64,000 nt of DNA from Cladosporium halotolerans (Eukaryota), in assembly GCF_011745625.1 (NCBI RefSeq), contig NW_027191469.1, positions 62,001 through 126,000 on the forward strand, read 5' to 3'. This document shows positions 22,500 through 35,500 of the stretch, one piece after another. The translations under genes and the position numbers were made by a program. Position 1 is the first letter of the stretch; the number at the start of each line of letters is the position of its first letter. Under the pieces are notes generated by a model. The model saw nothing but the letters and a program-made list of their open reading frames with translations, did not search any database and was not told the origin of the DNA.

Positions 22500-23610
22500 C
22501 AGACTGCTCTGGTCCGTTCCGTGGGCGTGTTCGATACAGGAGCCATTCACGACACTTAAGTCGTAGCTGATTATCCTTGCATAGCTCAGAAATGTAGTGG
22601 ATGTTGCATAGCTAATATGTCAAAGATACTTGGGATTCAGAAAGGTACCTTCACAACATGCTTTTCCAACCTTCAAGCTCAAGATGCCGCATGTAACATT
22701 GGATACGCGTTGTTAAAACATCAGCTACTCTGCAGGCGCCGATCCACCTCAGTGGAGGATATGTTGACTTAATGCACATAGCATTGTCTACAGCACGTCT
22801 AGATCATGAGGAAGAAAGACGGTGAATCTTGAATATGCTTACTCCGGGTGAGATCGTGCATTCATGTTATCTACAACCTGCAATGTTGCAATGATAGCTG
22901 TTCATCCTTTTGAAGCTCCACCAAAGAAGTGACCGCTATGACCCGAATTGAGGGGCTTTTGGATGAATGAACTAAAAATTAAGAACGATCCGATCCAATT
23001 ACGGCGTGACATTGTAGCGATGCCGGAGTTGCCGGTGCAGAGGCAGCCGAGTGCGAGATGGGAGCTGCTGTCGGTAGCTGTGATCAAAACCCATGTGCTA
23101 CAAACTGCCCCAAATCACCAAATGTATCATCTGAGAATGGCAAATGGAAAGCTTGTGCCCGGTCGTTTAGGCCCTGACCTTCTCCATTGGAGGTGTGAGT
23201 GACATGTAGATCTTTGTGCACATGAACAACCAAATCCCAATTATGGCGTGATGGCCAAAGGAACGATGAAGTGATCAACCATTATCTTCAAGCAGGCCAT
23301 AGACCGGACCATGCTTGCGTTGCATTTTTGATGTTGTACAAGTATGAATGTCTCGCACCACGTGGAGTCGTTGTGGCGGGAAGCTGGCTGCTTGGCGCTT
23401 GACGTCGGCTGGAGTTGGAGCTTCACGTCTCCGAGCGCCCAGCTCGCCCTGGCAGCGACATTCCCACCCGCGAAACACTACCCAAGCGCCTCATCCAGGC
23501 ATCTCCATTCCCGCGAGTCTCACCCGGCGATAGTATAGCAGCACTACGCCTCATTGCTCAGTCCATTCGCCCGCCACCCGGATCACGCAGGCAGAAGCTA
23601 TACGACCACC

Positions 23611-25395
23611 ATGGCCGAGACGGTCGACCCGCGGATGATGTCCGTGAAGCCGCGCCTGCGGTACAACACCATCGGTGGTGTCAACGGACCTCTAGTTATC
23701 TTGGAGAATGTACGCATGCTGCGGATGGACAATGGGGACAAGAGGGCGGATCGCTAAAGCATGGATGCAGGTCAAATTCCCCCGATTCAACGAGATCGTG
23801 TCGCTCACCCTCCCCGATGGCTCGGAGAGGAGTGGTCAGGTTCTGGAGGCTAGAGGTATGCGTCGCGCAAAAGAGAGATACTTGGAATGGGTGTTGATGT
23901 CAGGTTAGGAAACCGCGCCGTCGTGCAGGTCTTCGAAGGCACTTCCGGTGTCGATGTTAAGAAGGTCAGGATACCCAAAGAGCTATGAACATGGAGGCAC
24001 TCTCTAACAACGGGATTAGACCAAAGTCGAGTTCACCGGCCACAACCTGAAGCTCGGAGTCAGCGAGGACATGCTTGGTCGTGTCTTCGACGGTTCCGGC
24101 CGCGCCATTGACAAGGGCCCCAAGGTCCTGGCAGAGGACTACCTGGACATCAACGGCTCGCCCATTAACCCGTACTCGCGTGTTTACCCCGAAGAGATGA
24201 TTTCCACTGGTATCAGCGCCATTGACACCATGAACTCGATCGCTCGTGGTCAGAAGGTTCCCATTTTCTCGGCCTCTGGTCTTCCTCACAACGAGATTGC
24301 CGCGCAGATCTGTCGCCAGGCTGGTCTCGTTCAGCACAAGGGCAAGGGTACTCAGGATATGCACGACGACAACTTCTCCATCGTCTTCGGTGCCATGGGT
24401 GTGAACTTGGAAACTTCGCGTTTCTTCACCAAAGATTTCGAGGAGAACGGCTCCATGGAGCGCGTCACCATGTTCACTAACCTGGCCAACGACCCTACGT
24501 GAGTTTCCGAATTCGCTCGACTATCAAATCATTTGCTGACCCAAGTACTAGCATCGAGCGTATCATCACTCCTCGTCTTGCTCTTACCACGGCCGAGTAC
24601 TACGCCTACCAGCTCGAGAAGCACGTTCTCGTCATTCTCACTGACTTGTCGTCCTACTGCGATGCCCTTCGTGAGGTCTCCGCTGCCCGTGAAGAGGTGC
24701 CCGGTCGTCGTGGTTACCCCGGTTACATGTACACTGATTTGGCGACCATGTACGAGCGCGCCGGTCGTGTCGAGGGCCGCAACGGTTCCATTACCCAGGT
24801 TCCTATTCTGACCATGCCTAACGATGGTGAGTTTCTAGCAAATTCCTCATGCTCAAAGCAGGATCTCTAACCATCAATAGATATCACTCACCCCATTCCC
24901 GATCTGACTGGTTACATTACCGAGGGCCAGATCTTCATCGACCGTCAGCTCCACAACAAGGGTATCTACCCGCCCATCAACGTCCTGCCCTCTCTCTCCC
25001 GTCTCATGAAGTCCGCCATCGGCGAGGGCCACACGCGCAAGGACCACGGCGACGTGTCCAACCAGCTGTACGCCAAGTACGCCATCGGCCGCGACGCCGC
25101 GTCGATGAAGGCGGTCGTCGGCGAGGAGGCGCTGTCCAACGAGGACAAGCTGTCGCTCGAGTTCCTGGAGAAGTTCGAGAAGACGTACATCAACCAGGGC
25201 GCGTACGAGAAGCGCACGATCTTCGACGGCCTCGACCAGGCCTGGGAGCTGCTGCGCATCTACCCCAAGGAGCTCCTCAACCGCATCCCCAAGAAGGTCC
25301 TCGACGAGTTCTACCAGCGCAAGGGCAAGGCGAACAAGGGCACCAACGACACCGATGGCGAGCAGAACGGCGAGCAGCAGGAGAGCTTGATCTAG
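23611..25395 (+). CDS. VMA2: Vacuolar H+-ATPase subunit B; 6 exons (introns about 23710-23770, 23856-23908, 23965-24019, 24499-24550, 24827-24880)
   Basis: The spliced product has [90 protein letters not shown] and [16 protein letters not shown]. Splice sites are canonical. Confidence 0.97.
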
Positions 25396-27361
25396 AGTGT
25401 GGGTTGGTTGGTGGAGCGAGCTGAGAGCGGGGGCGGAGGGAGATTTTGTGTTTTCAACGGGTGTTACTAGGTCTTGTAGATATCATTTGCAATCACAGCG
25501 TGCTTGTTCTAGAAGCTAGATGTACGGTATCATGGCGGTCGTGGCAAGCGGGTGTGACTGTAAGTAGTATGTGCCATTTTCTGCTCAACAATGTGTTCGT
25601 ATCGAGAACTGGGCTAGCGACTTGGTCCACGAGGCAGCAGTGTACAAAGCATGTTACGAGAAGAAATGTCCACCTGCGATGGGTATTTCCTATGGGGCCT
25701 ATGCTAAATTTTCCTTCAATGTTGCCCAATGCGCACGCCAGGTAAGCTCGGTCCTGCGATAAATCTCTTCTCCCATCCTTTGCGCTCACGAGCGAAAGGA
25801 ACAGATGAAAAGGCACAGATATTCTCGGAAATGGAGGCGGCAGCGAAGCTGCCCTTGATTTGCAAGCGCGCAAGTGATCTTAGCCTGATGATACAGTCAG
25901 CACAAAATGCCCCATCGTAGCAGTTGATTGATGGAGACAAGGTGAAATGATGCTGGTGTGTCAGACATCCAAGGAAGATTGAACGCTCATCGGCCGTCTA
26001 AATTAGGTTCTTGGCGACGGCTCGCGTGGAAACTGCGAATGTGGAAAAGGTTTTCATCATCCAGCGGGATGATGCCTCCCGCGGGGGAGGCAGGGTTGTG
26101 GTTGTGCGCGTACCTTTTATGTTGCGAGCCTCCATCTCGATTAGGTGTGAGAGGAAGGCCGACTGATTTCCACCTTTTGTTCCGCTAGCCAGACGAGGAC
26201 ATGCAGAATCGAGTCGTGAATGCCTAGTCAAGGCACGGAAGAGGTAGGTGTGCAAGGGCTATGCTGAAAAAAAGAATCTAAGCTTCACAGCTGTCAGCGC
26301 GTGTTTTCGGCCGGCGAATTTTGAGCAGCGATGTGCAAGTGTTGTTGTCAGACAAAAGTTACTGGCAAGTATACATCCGCCCTGCGAGAGGCAGACGAAA
26401 AGACTAGCTTCTTCATGGTCGATTCAGTTGGGAAAAGAAGACATGATTTATGGTTGTCATCTTTCGGGAGGGCGAGGGCGGAGAGAAGAAAATGCTGCCG
26501 ACGTACCTGATAAACCCGTGCGCACCTCACCCGCAAAAGCAGAGTGCAGCATATAAAGCTGCACTGCAGGCGAGGTGCGCAGTCGCAGTAGTAAGGAAGA
26601 GAATGAGGTGGTGAAGAAGTTGTCTGCAGCACTGTCAAGAAGAGAGTTTTTGTAGCATGCGCGGCGGGAGGATCATCCCGCACGGAGAGCGCCAAGGCGC
26701 GCTTGTTGGATTGGGGGGCAGTCCTCGGGCAGGAGCAGGCAGGGTTGAGGGCAGGCGATCGACAGGACGCCCGACTGCACCGCCAGCACGGCGCGCCCAC
26801 CACCGACACCACCACCACCACCGCCCGCCCGCCCCGTGACCGTCCTCCGCTCCGCCCACACCACCCTCGGCGCCGCTCCACGCCCTCCATCTCGTCCTGA
26901 GCCTTGCGCGCGCCGCTCACACGCCCCGTCGTACGCGCGCATCCCGCCGCCGTGCCGACTCACGCCGCCGGCATCTCCTCCGCACCCAGCTGCGCGTCTC
27001 CCGCCGCGCATCCCGTCTGGCGACCGTCTCGTCCAGCTCATTGACACCTCGCGCCAGACAGACTCGACCCTACGCCCGGCGCGCTGTCCGCGAGGCGTGT
27101 GCTCCTATCCCATCCGCGCAGTGGACCGACCTCGCCCGTCGCCCGTCGCCGCCCACCGCGCCCACGTGTCCGGCAGCCACTTATGCTGCCGCCCTAACTC
27201 TGGTTGCTGCGCCTTCACCTTATGCATCGCACGCACCGCATCCTTACATTCGCGCACTCACCGACGAGCCCGTGGCCGGGGCCGACTAGCTAGACCGACC
27301 GGCCTCGCATACGCGTCCAAGTCCGCATCACCGATCTACCTACGCATCGCGCGACTGCAAA

Positions 27362-29816
27362 ATGATGGCAGCATATCCGCCCGGTAACAACATGCATCCG
27401 GGTCTTCCTCACGGCCACCCCGGCATGGCGCCTACTCCCAACCAGCACATGGGCCAGCAGATGCAAATGCACGCCGGCGTGTCGGGGCCGCCTCATGTTA
27501 GCCAGCCTGGTGCCATGATGGGCATGCAGCCCGGCGCTGTCGGAGGCATGCAACCGGGTGCGAACGGCATGGGAGGACAGCATCCTGGCGCCGGGATGGG
27601 AATGCCTGGCCAAGGCATGGGCGCACAAAACATGCCCGGCGCACAAGGTGGCATGCATCCCATGAGCCATATGACTCCACAGCAGGCACAGCAACTCATG
27701 CAACAGCAGCAGCTTCAGGCCAACAGCAACCCGGCCTTGATGGCGCAACTCCAGCAGCAGCAACAGCACATGATTCGCCAGAGAATGATGCAGCAGGCTC
27801 AGACTCTGGGAATACCCGTTCAGCAGCTGCAGGGTATGAATCAGCAGCAATTGCAGCAGTTGTTCCAGCAGCAGCAAAATCAGCAAGCCTTCGGGAACAA
27901 CCAGCAGCAGGTTGGACCGGTTCAGCTGCCGGCGCATCTCGCGCAACAGCAGATGCAAGTCCGACAGCAACAGAGCCAGCAGCAAGCCATGATGCAGCAG
28001 CAACAGCAGGCGCAACAGCAACAGGCGCAGCAACAGCAGCATCAGGCTCAGCAGCAACAAATGGCGATGCAGCACGCGAACTCCCAGCAGAGCAATCAAG
28101 GACAGCCGGGCCCACCTCCGCAGTCCGTTCCGCCGGGCCATCCGGGCCAAATGAGGCCTGCATCCAGAATGCAAAACCCGAATGAGCAGAACCAAGCCGG
28201 ACAGCAACCTCCGCACCCGCAGTCAACTCCCCAGCAGAATCAGCCTCCTCAGGCTCCTCAGTTGCAGCAGCAACAGTCGCAGCAAGGCTCCCAGCCCACA
28301 CCTCAAGCAACTCCTCAGCAAGGCGGTCAGCAGCAAAACACGCCGTCACAACCGCCAGCTGCGCAAAACCAGCCACAAGCGCAGCCCCAACAAGGCGGCC
28401 AACAACAAGCGCAACAGGGCCAACAGCCTCAGTCACAGCAACAGCAACAGCAACAGCAGATGATGGCTCAACGTCAGCAGCAGATTGCGATGATGCAGCG
28501 AAATCAGCAAATGGCAGCCCAGCGCATGGCACAACAGGCCGCACAGCAGAATCAACAATTAAGTGGACAGTACATTCTCAGGTTGCTGCTGTTCTCTGAT
28601 AAGCTGAGTAGCTTTTGCCACGATGAGGGCGAAAAGGACGGGCGTAATTTGGCCAACTGGCAGGACTTCATCGATCGGCAATTCATGCCCGACGGCCGCT
28701 TGACTTTGGCGCCCTACGAGCTTGGGAAGAAGGTCGAAATGCCCAGGGCAACGCTGGCACGCTTCTTCTGGATGTACTTCGAGACTGGCGCGAGCGCTCT
28801 GCGCCTCCACACCGAACACGGCAGTGAAACAATGCTTCCTGACGGACGCTGTCGCCTGAGCTGTTCAAACGCCACACTCACTGTGTCTTACCCCAATGGT
28901 GCACGTGTCGAGATGAGCGGTCCTCTCTCCGTTCTATTCGGCAGCGTGGGAAGTCTCATCGAGGGAATGGAGTTCCAGATGACCAAGTGCGAAGAGCATT
29001 TGTCGCGATCGGAAGTTGAGAAGGTGCTAGCTAACATGAGTCCGACCTTGTCGAACAAGCAAAGTCCGAAGATGACGAAGGGGAAGATTCCCAAGGCACA
29101 GCAAAAACTGCAACAGCAACAAGAAAATGCAACAATAGAGCAACTCCCGAAAGCTCCTAAGGGCCAGGGCGGAATGACCATGCGTATGCTACAATTCCTC
29201 GAGGTATGCGGTGCCAAACATTCCGACGTGAATTAGACGAACGAATGCTGACGCCATGCACCAGATCTCAGAGACCATGGGCTTGATGCAGGACCTCATG
29301 CTCTTTGCGCAGGAGAAGAATCTCCGACCCACAAATGCCCTTGACCAGCTCGCTTCTGAATACGAGAGGACCGGCGCCAGCAATCCTCAGATCAACCTCC
29401 CGCCCGGCCAAGGTGGAACCCCGAACGGCATGCCTCCAGGCGCGCAGGGAACCCCGAGAATGGGCAACATGCCGATGCCAGGCCAGCCAGGATTCCAAGG
29501 CTCTCCGTCGGTCCCTAACATGAACCTCCCCATGCAGCCCAACGGCATCCACAGCAGCCCACACCTCCAACACGGCCTCGCACCCGGCCAAGGACCCGGC
29601 GGGATGGGTACACCCTCTCCCGCGCAGACTCATATGGCCGCTCCGCCCATGATGCCGCAGCACAGCCAGCAAGGCACGAGCAGCAGCGCATCGGCCAACA
29701 CCAGCCCGCAGGTGAACAACAAGCGCCGGCGCAGCACGGTCAAAGTCGAGGGCGACGACGGCGAGCACAAGATCAAGCCCAGCCCGCGCATGCCCAAGAA
29801 GCCCAAGCCGAATTAA
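27362..29816 (+). CDS. LIM-domain-binding (LDB) transcriptional co-regulator, PtaB/Mfg1/Adn1-like; intron 29204-29264
   Basis: Q/P/G/M-rich N-terminus, then ILRLLLFSDKLS...W..FIDRQF...LARFFWMYFETG...M.FLE|ISETMGLMQDLM.F, and C-terminal SSSASANTSPQVNNKRRRSTVKVE (NLS-like). Confidence 0.82.
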
Positions 29817-31159
29817 GGGCTGCGTGTTCCTGACGAAAAAAAGCGAAGCGACTCTGGATCCGATCTGGGCGTTGTCTTTGCGAACGATAATGCATCAATC
29901 TTTATTCTACCTTCTGGGATGGCGTTCCTTGGTTGTTAGTTCATTTTGCGCAGCGCGGCGTTTTTGTCCCATTCGTGATTCCGCTATGCAAAGCTGTTTC
30001 TACGCAATCTGGACCGGCAGAGCGGAATACTGATAAAAGTGGAGGTCATCGAAAGGAAATCTACCGAGGCAGGCAACGATGAAGAAAGAGCCGATTGGAA
30101 AGATCAAGAGCAGAAAAAGAAGAAGAAAAAGATTCCACGCGAGACTGTCTTCGGTCATGCGTTCCGCTACCACACGCTTTATAGATGCGAACGGTCACGA
30201 GAAAAGGGAGAGAGAGAGAGAGAGGAGGCGGAGAAGAAGAGAAAGAGAGATTGCCTCCCACTTCCCCACCAGGGCCGTGGCAGGGACTCTCATCCCGCAA
30301 CGGGCGGCAAATTGATCTCTGCGCGCGTCTTTCGATCTTTCGGAGGACAAAAGTGGCTGTTTGGAGGGAAGCGTCTTTTGCCTTTTCCGGGGAGTCTTCC
30401 ATTGTCATCGACCTTGCGATTTTTGATACCTTCTCCCTTTCGAGCAGGAGCGCTTTTTACTGGGGGATGAGAGAGGCGGGGGTGAAGACTGGGTTGCCTT
30501 GGATTGTTCATTGTGGAGTTCGATAGTTTTTCATCCTTATTATATAACGGTATAGCGATGTGTACGATATCCCTTATTCATGTATGTGCATCCTCATTGG
30601 CTGAGTGATAGGCTTGTGGTGGACTGCATTCGATCGACGTCAGTCGACTGGCCCTGGCAGAGGCGGAGTATGAGGACTACGGCTATTTCATCACTGGGAT
30701 CCAGAATATCTTGGGGAGCACAACATGGCCTTGGAACGAATTTTGACAAGAACAAGCCACAGACAAAGAGCAAAGGTAGGTAGAGGCAACGACATTTTCA
30801 TTCGAGGAGGTATCTGAGAAGAGCAAGTATGTACCAGACCCGCAAAACCAGCATCCCGCCGCCCATTCATCGAAGATGATCCTCCAGCAAATTCCTTCGA
30901 CAAAGGGGCCCCGCGAAGAGCCCGTCAGACAGCTGTTTGGTGCGAGGCGGGCGGGGGCGAAAGCGAGGGCTTTACGGTATATTTTCTCTGGCGAAGGTGC
31001 CGCACGCTGCTCCGTGGCGCCGGAAGCGAGGCAAAACGCCAGGCCGTGGCTTGGAGCGTGGTGCGTGGGCGGAGGTTCGTTCTTCGCAACTTGACACATT
31101 GGCACGCCATTGGGGCAGAGGGCGTGGCAACTTAAGTGGTTTGCGTGGTGTGAGGAGGG

Positions 31160-31183
31160 AGGTAGGTAGGTAGGTAGGTAGGT
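31160..31183. repeat. (GGTA)n microsatellite; a similar tract lies at about 36655-36676
   Basis: Directly visible in the 3' regions of two minus-strand genes. Confidence 0.85.
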
Positions 31184-31248
31184 GGGAGGTGGTGAGATGC
31201 TGATTTGTTTGTCGTCACTTCGTACGTGGTTAGTTTCGTGAATTTCCT

Positions 31249-32199
31249 TTACTCGTCATCGTCGTCTTCGCCGCCTGGCACGTCCATTACTCGCTCGCCA
31301 GCCTTTTCGAGGGTGCGCCGCGACCAAGCGCGCACGCCTTTCCAGACAGCGTACAGGAACGTCGTCACGCCTATGAGGACGGCCACCCACGAGAGATCGC
31401 GCATCCTATTGCGTCCGTTACCGCCTACGCTGCTCCGAGCCATCATGCTCGGGCTGCGGTTCAGCCAATGCCACGGGCTCAATCCGAGTAAGAATTTGGC
31501 AAACCCGAGCAGACCGAGAGAAGCAAGGCCTTTAGCGAAGTGCTCTGCCCAGCCAGCATCTTCATCTTCGAATATGAGGCTGCCAGTCGGCCCGCCGGCG
31601 GTCACGACGGTCGTCACCGGGTCAAGGTAGAGATTGATGATGGGGTCTGCAACGAAGCCCAACACGAACATCGCCAGGACGAAGATGGCCAGCGTCAAGC
31701 CCACCTGCGCAGACGTACTGCTGATCCAGCTGCTCCACGTCAGGCGCTGCAACTGGTAGCGGTACCGGCATGTCGGACACTCGTAGTAATTCCGCTTTTG
31801 CAAGGGATCCGCCATCCTCCAGGCACCGAGGCAATCCTCGTGCACATACTTCTGGCTGCCTTTGCATTTGCAGGGGCGCAGCAGGCGACCGCCGTCCTCC
31901 GACTCGTAGGTCACACGCGGCTCGGGCTGGAAGGCGGCCGGGAGGCTGGCGCTGGTGTCCTGGTGGAAGGTTGGCTCGACGACCTCTAGGCAGATGCGGC
32001 AGGTTCTCGGAGGGTAATGGTGACGGCGGCGTGGACGGTCGCCTTGCAACGGAGGCGTCTCTTCCTGCTTTGGTTGGTTGGTATCCTGTCTGTGGACGTC
32101 CTCGTCGGACTCCGTAGGTGAGTTTTGCTCCTCTTGCTTCCAGCCGCCAGGCAGGTCTTCGGGAAAGGACCAGCTGGCACCGGTGGAGTAAGCAGCCAT
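31249..32199 (-). CDS. RING-CH (RINGv) membrane-associated E3 ubiquitin ligase-like protein
   Basis: C4HC3 pattern CRICLE...LLRPCKCKGSQKYVHEDCLGAW...ECPTCRY followed by three hydrophobic helices. The first ATG is at 32199; the ORF track start at 32229 is TTG. Confidence 0.85.
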   Translation of the reverse strand: MAAYSTGASWSFPEDLPGGWKQEEQNSPTESDEDVHRQDTNQPKQEETPPLQGDRPRRRHHYPPRTCRICLEVVEPTFHQDTSASLPAAFQPEPRVTYESEDGGRLLRPCKCKGSQKYVHEDCLGAWRMADPLQKRNYYECPTCRYRYQLQRLTWSSWISSTSAQVGLTLAIFVLAMFVLGFVADPIINLYLDPVTTVVTAGGPTGSLIFEDEDAGWAEHFAKGLASLGLLGFAKFLLGLSPWHWLNRSPSMMARSSVGGNGRNRMRDLSWVAVLIGVTTFLYAVWKGVRAWSRRTLEKAGERVMDVPGGEDDDDE

Positions 32200-32560
32200 G
32201 GCGGGTGGGAGGTGGTGTGTGGTATTCAATGAATAGGTGGGAGGGGCATGTACCCTTCTCTTGCCTCAGGTAATGTCATACGTGTCGCTGGAGAGCATCA
32301 GCGACATGGCCGCAGCAGAAGCTTCTGGGCGGGCAGGTGAATGAGTGTCCAAGGCTCGCTCCGAGGCAGCGTGAAGAAAGCTCGGCTGAGAGCCTGAGGG
32401 GCCAAAGCGGACTTGGCACGGCGAAGGGCAGGAAGGCGAAAGAGAAGAGGGACCTCACAGCGCGCGGCTTTGTTCCGCGCTGCTGGTCGACTTTCAAAAA
32501 AATATACCGGCCGAGGCGGTACGAGACGAGCAGCGCTCTCACGCACGGCACCTCCGAACA

Positions 32561-35500
32561 ATGGCTGCCGACGCCGAAATGTCTCTCCACGAGAGGCTGG
32601 ACAAGATCCGCTCGTCGCCGAAGCTGCAGAGCCAGCAGCAAACAGCCGTCGTCTTGAATGCGATCGAAGATACTCTGCGAAGCCAAAAGAGCGAGCCGAC
32701 ACCGACTTCTTATTTCGCCGCGCTATTGAGCCTCCTGCCGCAGTACATTTCCGCCGAGAAGGGAATTGTCAACAAGGAGGTTGCGAACGCCGTTGTCTAT
32801 CTCCTGGATCTCGTCACCAGCCACGTCCCGGCACCGCTTTTGCGATCGAAGTTCCCTCAGATTCTGTCCAGCCTTGCGCCTGCTCTCACACACCCGGAGG
32901 CAGAGGCGCCTTTGCTTCGTGCAAGCATAGGATGTCTCGAGTCACTCCTGGTTGCGCAAGATTCGCAGGCATGGGCCCAGCCGCAGTCGCCGAACAGCCC
33001 TCGTGGAGCTGTTGGCGGGCTGCTGGCTCTCGCCATGGATCACAGGCCCAAAGTGAGGAAGGGGGCGCAAGAAGTCTTGCTGAACGTCTTGAAACAACCT
33101 CCCCCAAGCCCATCTCTGGATCACCCGGCTGCGGACATGTGCGCAGAGGTTGCTCTACGGAGCTTGAGCTCTCAGGCCGAGGAGGCTGGCAACAAGAAGA
33201 GGAAACAGAAGAAGCAGGAACAGCAGAATGAGCCTGGACTTATGCATGCGCTCCAACTGGTCAAGACTGTGGCCACGGCACAAAATGGATGGCCGAGCAA
33301 GAAGATCGACACCCTTTGCGAGGTTCTCCTCAATATCTCAAAGGGCAGCAATGAGTTCCTTACAATGTCTGCGTTCGAGGTCTTCGAGCTCATCTTCGCT
33401 GGATTGGCCGACGAAGTTTCGTCCGCGAAGCTGCCTCGCCTGTTGAATGCGATCAAGGAGCTCCAGCCTTCACAAAACGACACCCAGCTTCTGCCGCCCT
33501 GGATTGCTGTTCTCAGCAGAGGATATGATGTCTCCGCCCAGATCGAGCCCGAGGAGACTTTTCAGAAGCTCCCTGAGCTTTTCACCAAGATTTCTGGATT
33601 CCTTTCCTCCTCATCTCACAACATTCGCATCTCCGCCTCGGAGTGCATGATCTCACTACTGAACACCTGCATTCCGGATCAGGTCATCCTTGAGCCTTCG
33701 ATGATGGACGACAAGGTCTGCGAGAAGATTGCGAAGACTCTTCAAGAGCTTCTCACCGTCAAATATCAAACGGCCTGGATGGAGGTTTTCAACGTTCTCA
33801 CTTCGGCCTTCGAGGTCCTGCGCTGGCGCTCCTCTCCTCTGCTGAACAACATCGTGAAAGCTGTGGGCGATCTGCGCAACAACGACTCTTTCACCGGCAA
33901 GAAGGAGGCTGATGCTGTCTTGTCCGCGGCCATTCACGCCATGGGCCCAGACAATGTCCTGGCTATTCTCCCTCTCAACCTTGTCAAGCCTATCCCTGGA
34001 CAGCCTGGACGTGTTTGGCTCCTTCCTCTGATCCGTGACTCTGTCAGCAACACTGCACTGAGTCACTTCCGATCCGAACTTGTACCGCTGAGTGAGGCGA
34101 TGTTCCAGCGTGTACTCAACCACGGCGCTGCGGAGAAGACGATGGACATCAAGATTTTTGAGACAGTCGTCAGCCAGGTCTGGGGTTGCCTGCCCGGCTA
34201 TTGCGAGCTTCCTATCGACTTGAAGGAGGCTTTTGACCAGAGCTTTGCTGAGCTTCTCAGTAACCTGCTGTACCAACAGCCCCAGATCCGAACAGACGTT
34301 TGCAAGGCGTTGCAGAACCTTGTGGACACCAACCGAGCAATCGCTGAGCTCGAGCAAGACGAAAACTTGATCGAGCAAGGCCGTCTCACGAAGGCGGATG
34401 CTCAGAGCAACCTGAAGCATCTCGCTGGATTTGCTGGAAACATGCTCGCAGTGCTGTTCAACGTCTACAGCCAGACTCTACCGCAGAACCGCGGCAACCT
34501 GCTCCAGTGCATCAATGCTTTCCTCAGCGTCACACCAGAGGCAGAGCTTATGGAGACTTTCACCCGCGTTGCGACCATGCTGGAATCATCGCTCGCTGAG
34601 CAGGAAGCCCAGACACAAGCCGACAAGCAGAAACGTCAACCCTCTGGCAAGGACGCCAAGGACAAGATGCCTCCTGTTTCGCACACGTTGATGGATCTCG
34701 TGATCACGATGTCGATCTATCTTCCTCGCGAAAGCTTTGCTGGCCTCTTTACCATGGCTGCTACAATCGTCAACAAGCAGGACGACCCTCAACTGCAGAA
34801 GAAGGCATACAAGCTTATTCCCCGCTTGGCAGAGTCTGAATCTGGACAACAAGCGCTCGTTGAGAGAAGTGCAGAGTTGCAGCAGCTTTTGCTTGGATCT
34901 GCTGAGCAGGCCTCAGCTCCTGCGAGGAGAGACAGATTGGCCTCCATTGCTCAGATTGTTCCGTTCTTGCCGAAGTCCGATCTCCACTTCATCCCCTCGA
35001 TCTTGTCTGAGGTCGTTATCAGCGCCAAGGAGGTCAACGAGAAGGCCAGGACACAAGCCTTTGACCTGCTCGTTCTCATTGGTGAGAAGTTGAAGGAGGG
35101 AGGTACTATCGTAAACTCCAAGGTACCCCACATGCCCGCCGACGCCCCTTCGGCAGAGGCGAGCCTGGAAGAATACTTCACGATGGTGTCCGCTGGTCTG
35201 GCTGGCTCCACACCACACATGATTTCCGCATCGATCACAGCACTCACTCGCCTCTTGTATGAGTTCCGTACACAACTGCAGCAGGCTACTGTCGCCGACC
35301 TCGTTCAGACCATGGACCTCTTCCTGACCTCCAACAACCGCGAGATCGTCAGGTCCGTCCTCGGCTTCGTCAAGGTCTGCGTCATCTCTCTTCCCTCCGA
35401 GCTCATGCTCCCCCGCCTCGAGACTCTGGTCCCCAATCTGGTCGTCTGGAGCCACGAGCACAAGCAACACTTCAAGGCCAAGGTCAAGCACATCGTCGAG

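Noticed and set aside
22505..22545. GTTCGATAC B-box-like motif near the telomeric tract
   Set aside because: No T-arm stem or cloverleaf can be formed, so it is not a tRNA.
30039..30470. 143-aa Lys/Glu/Arg-rich ORF after the PtaB-like gene
   Set aside because: Translation of purine-rich 3' UTR simple repeats; GTG start.
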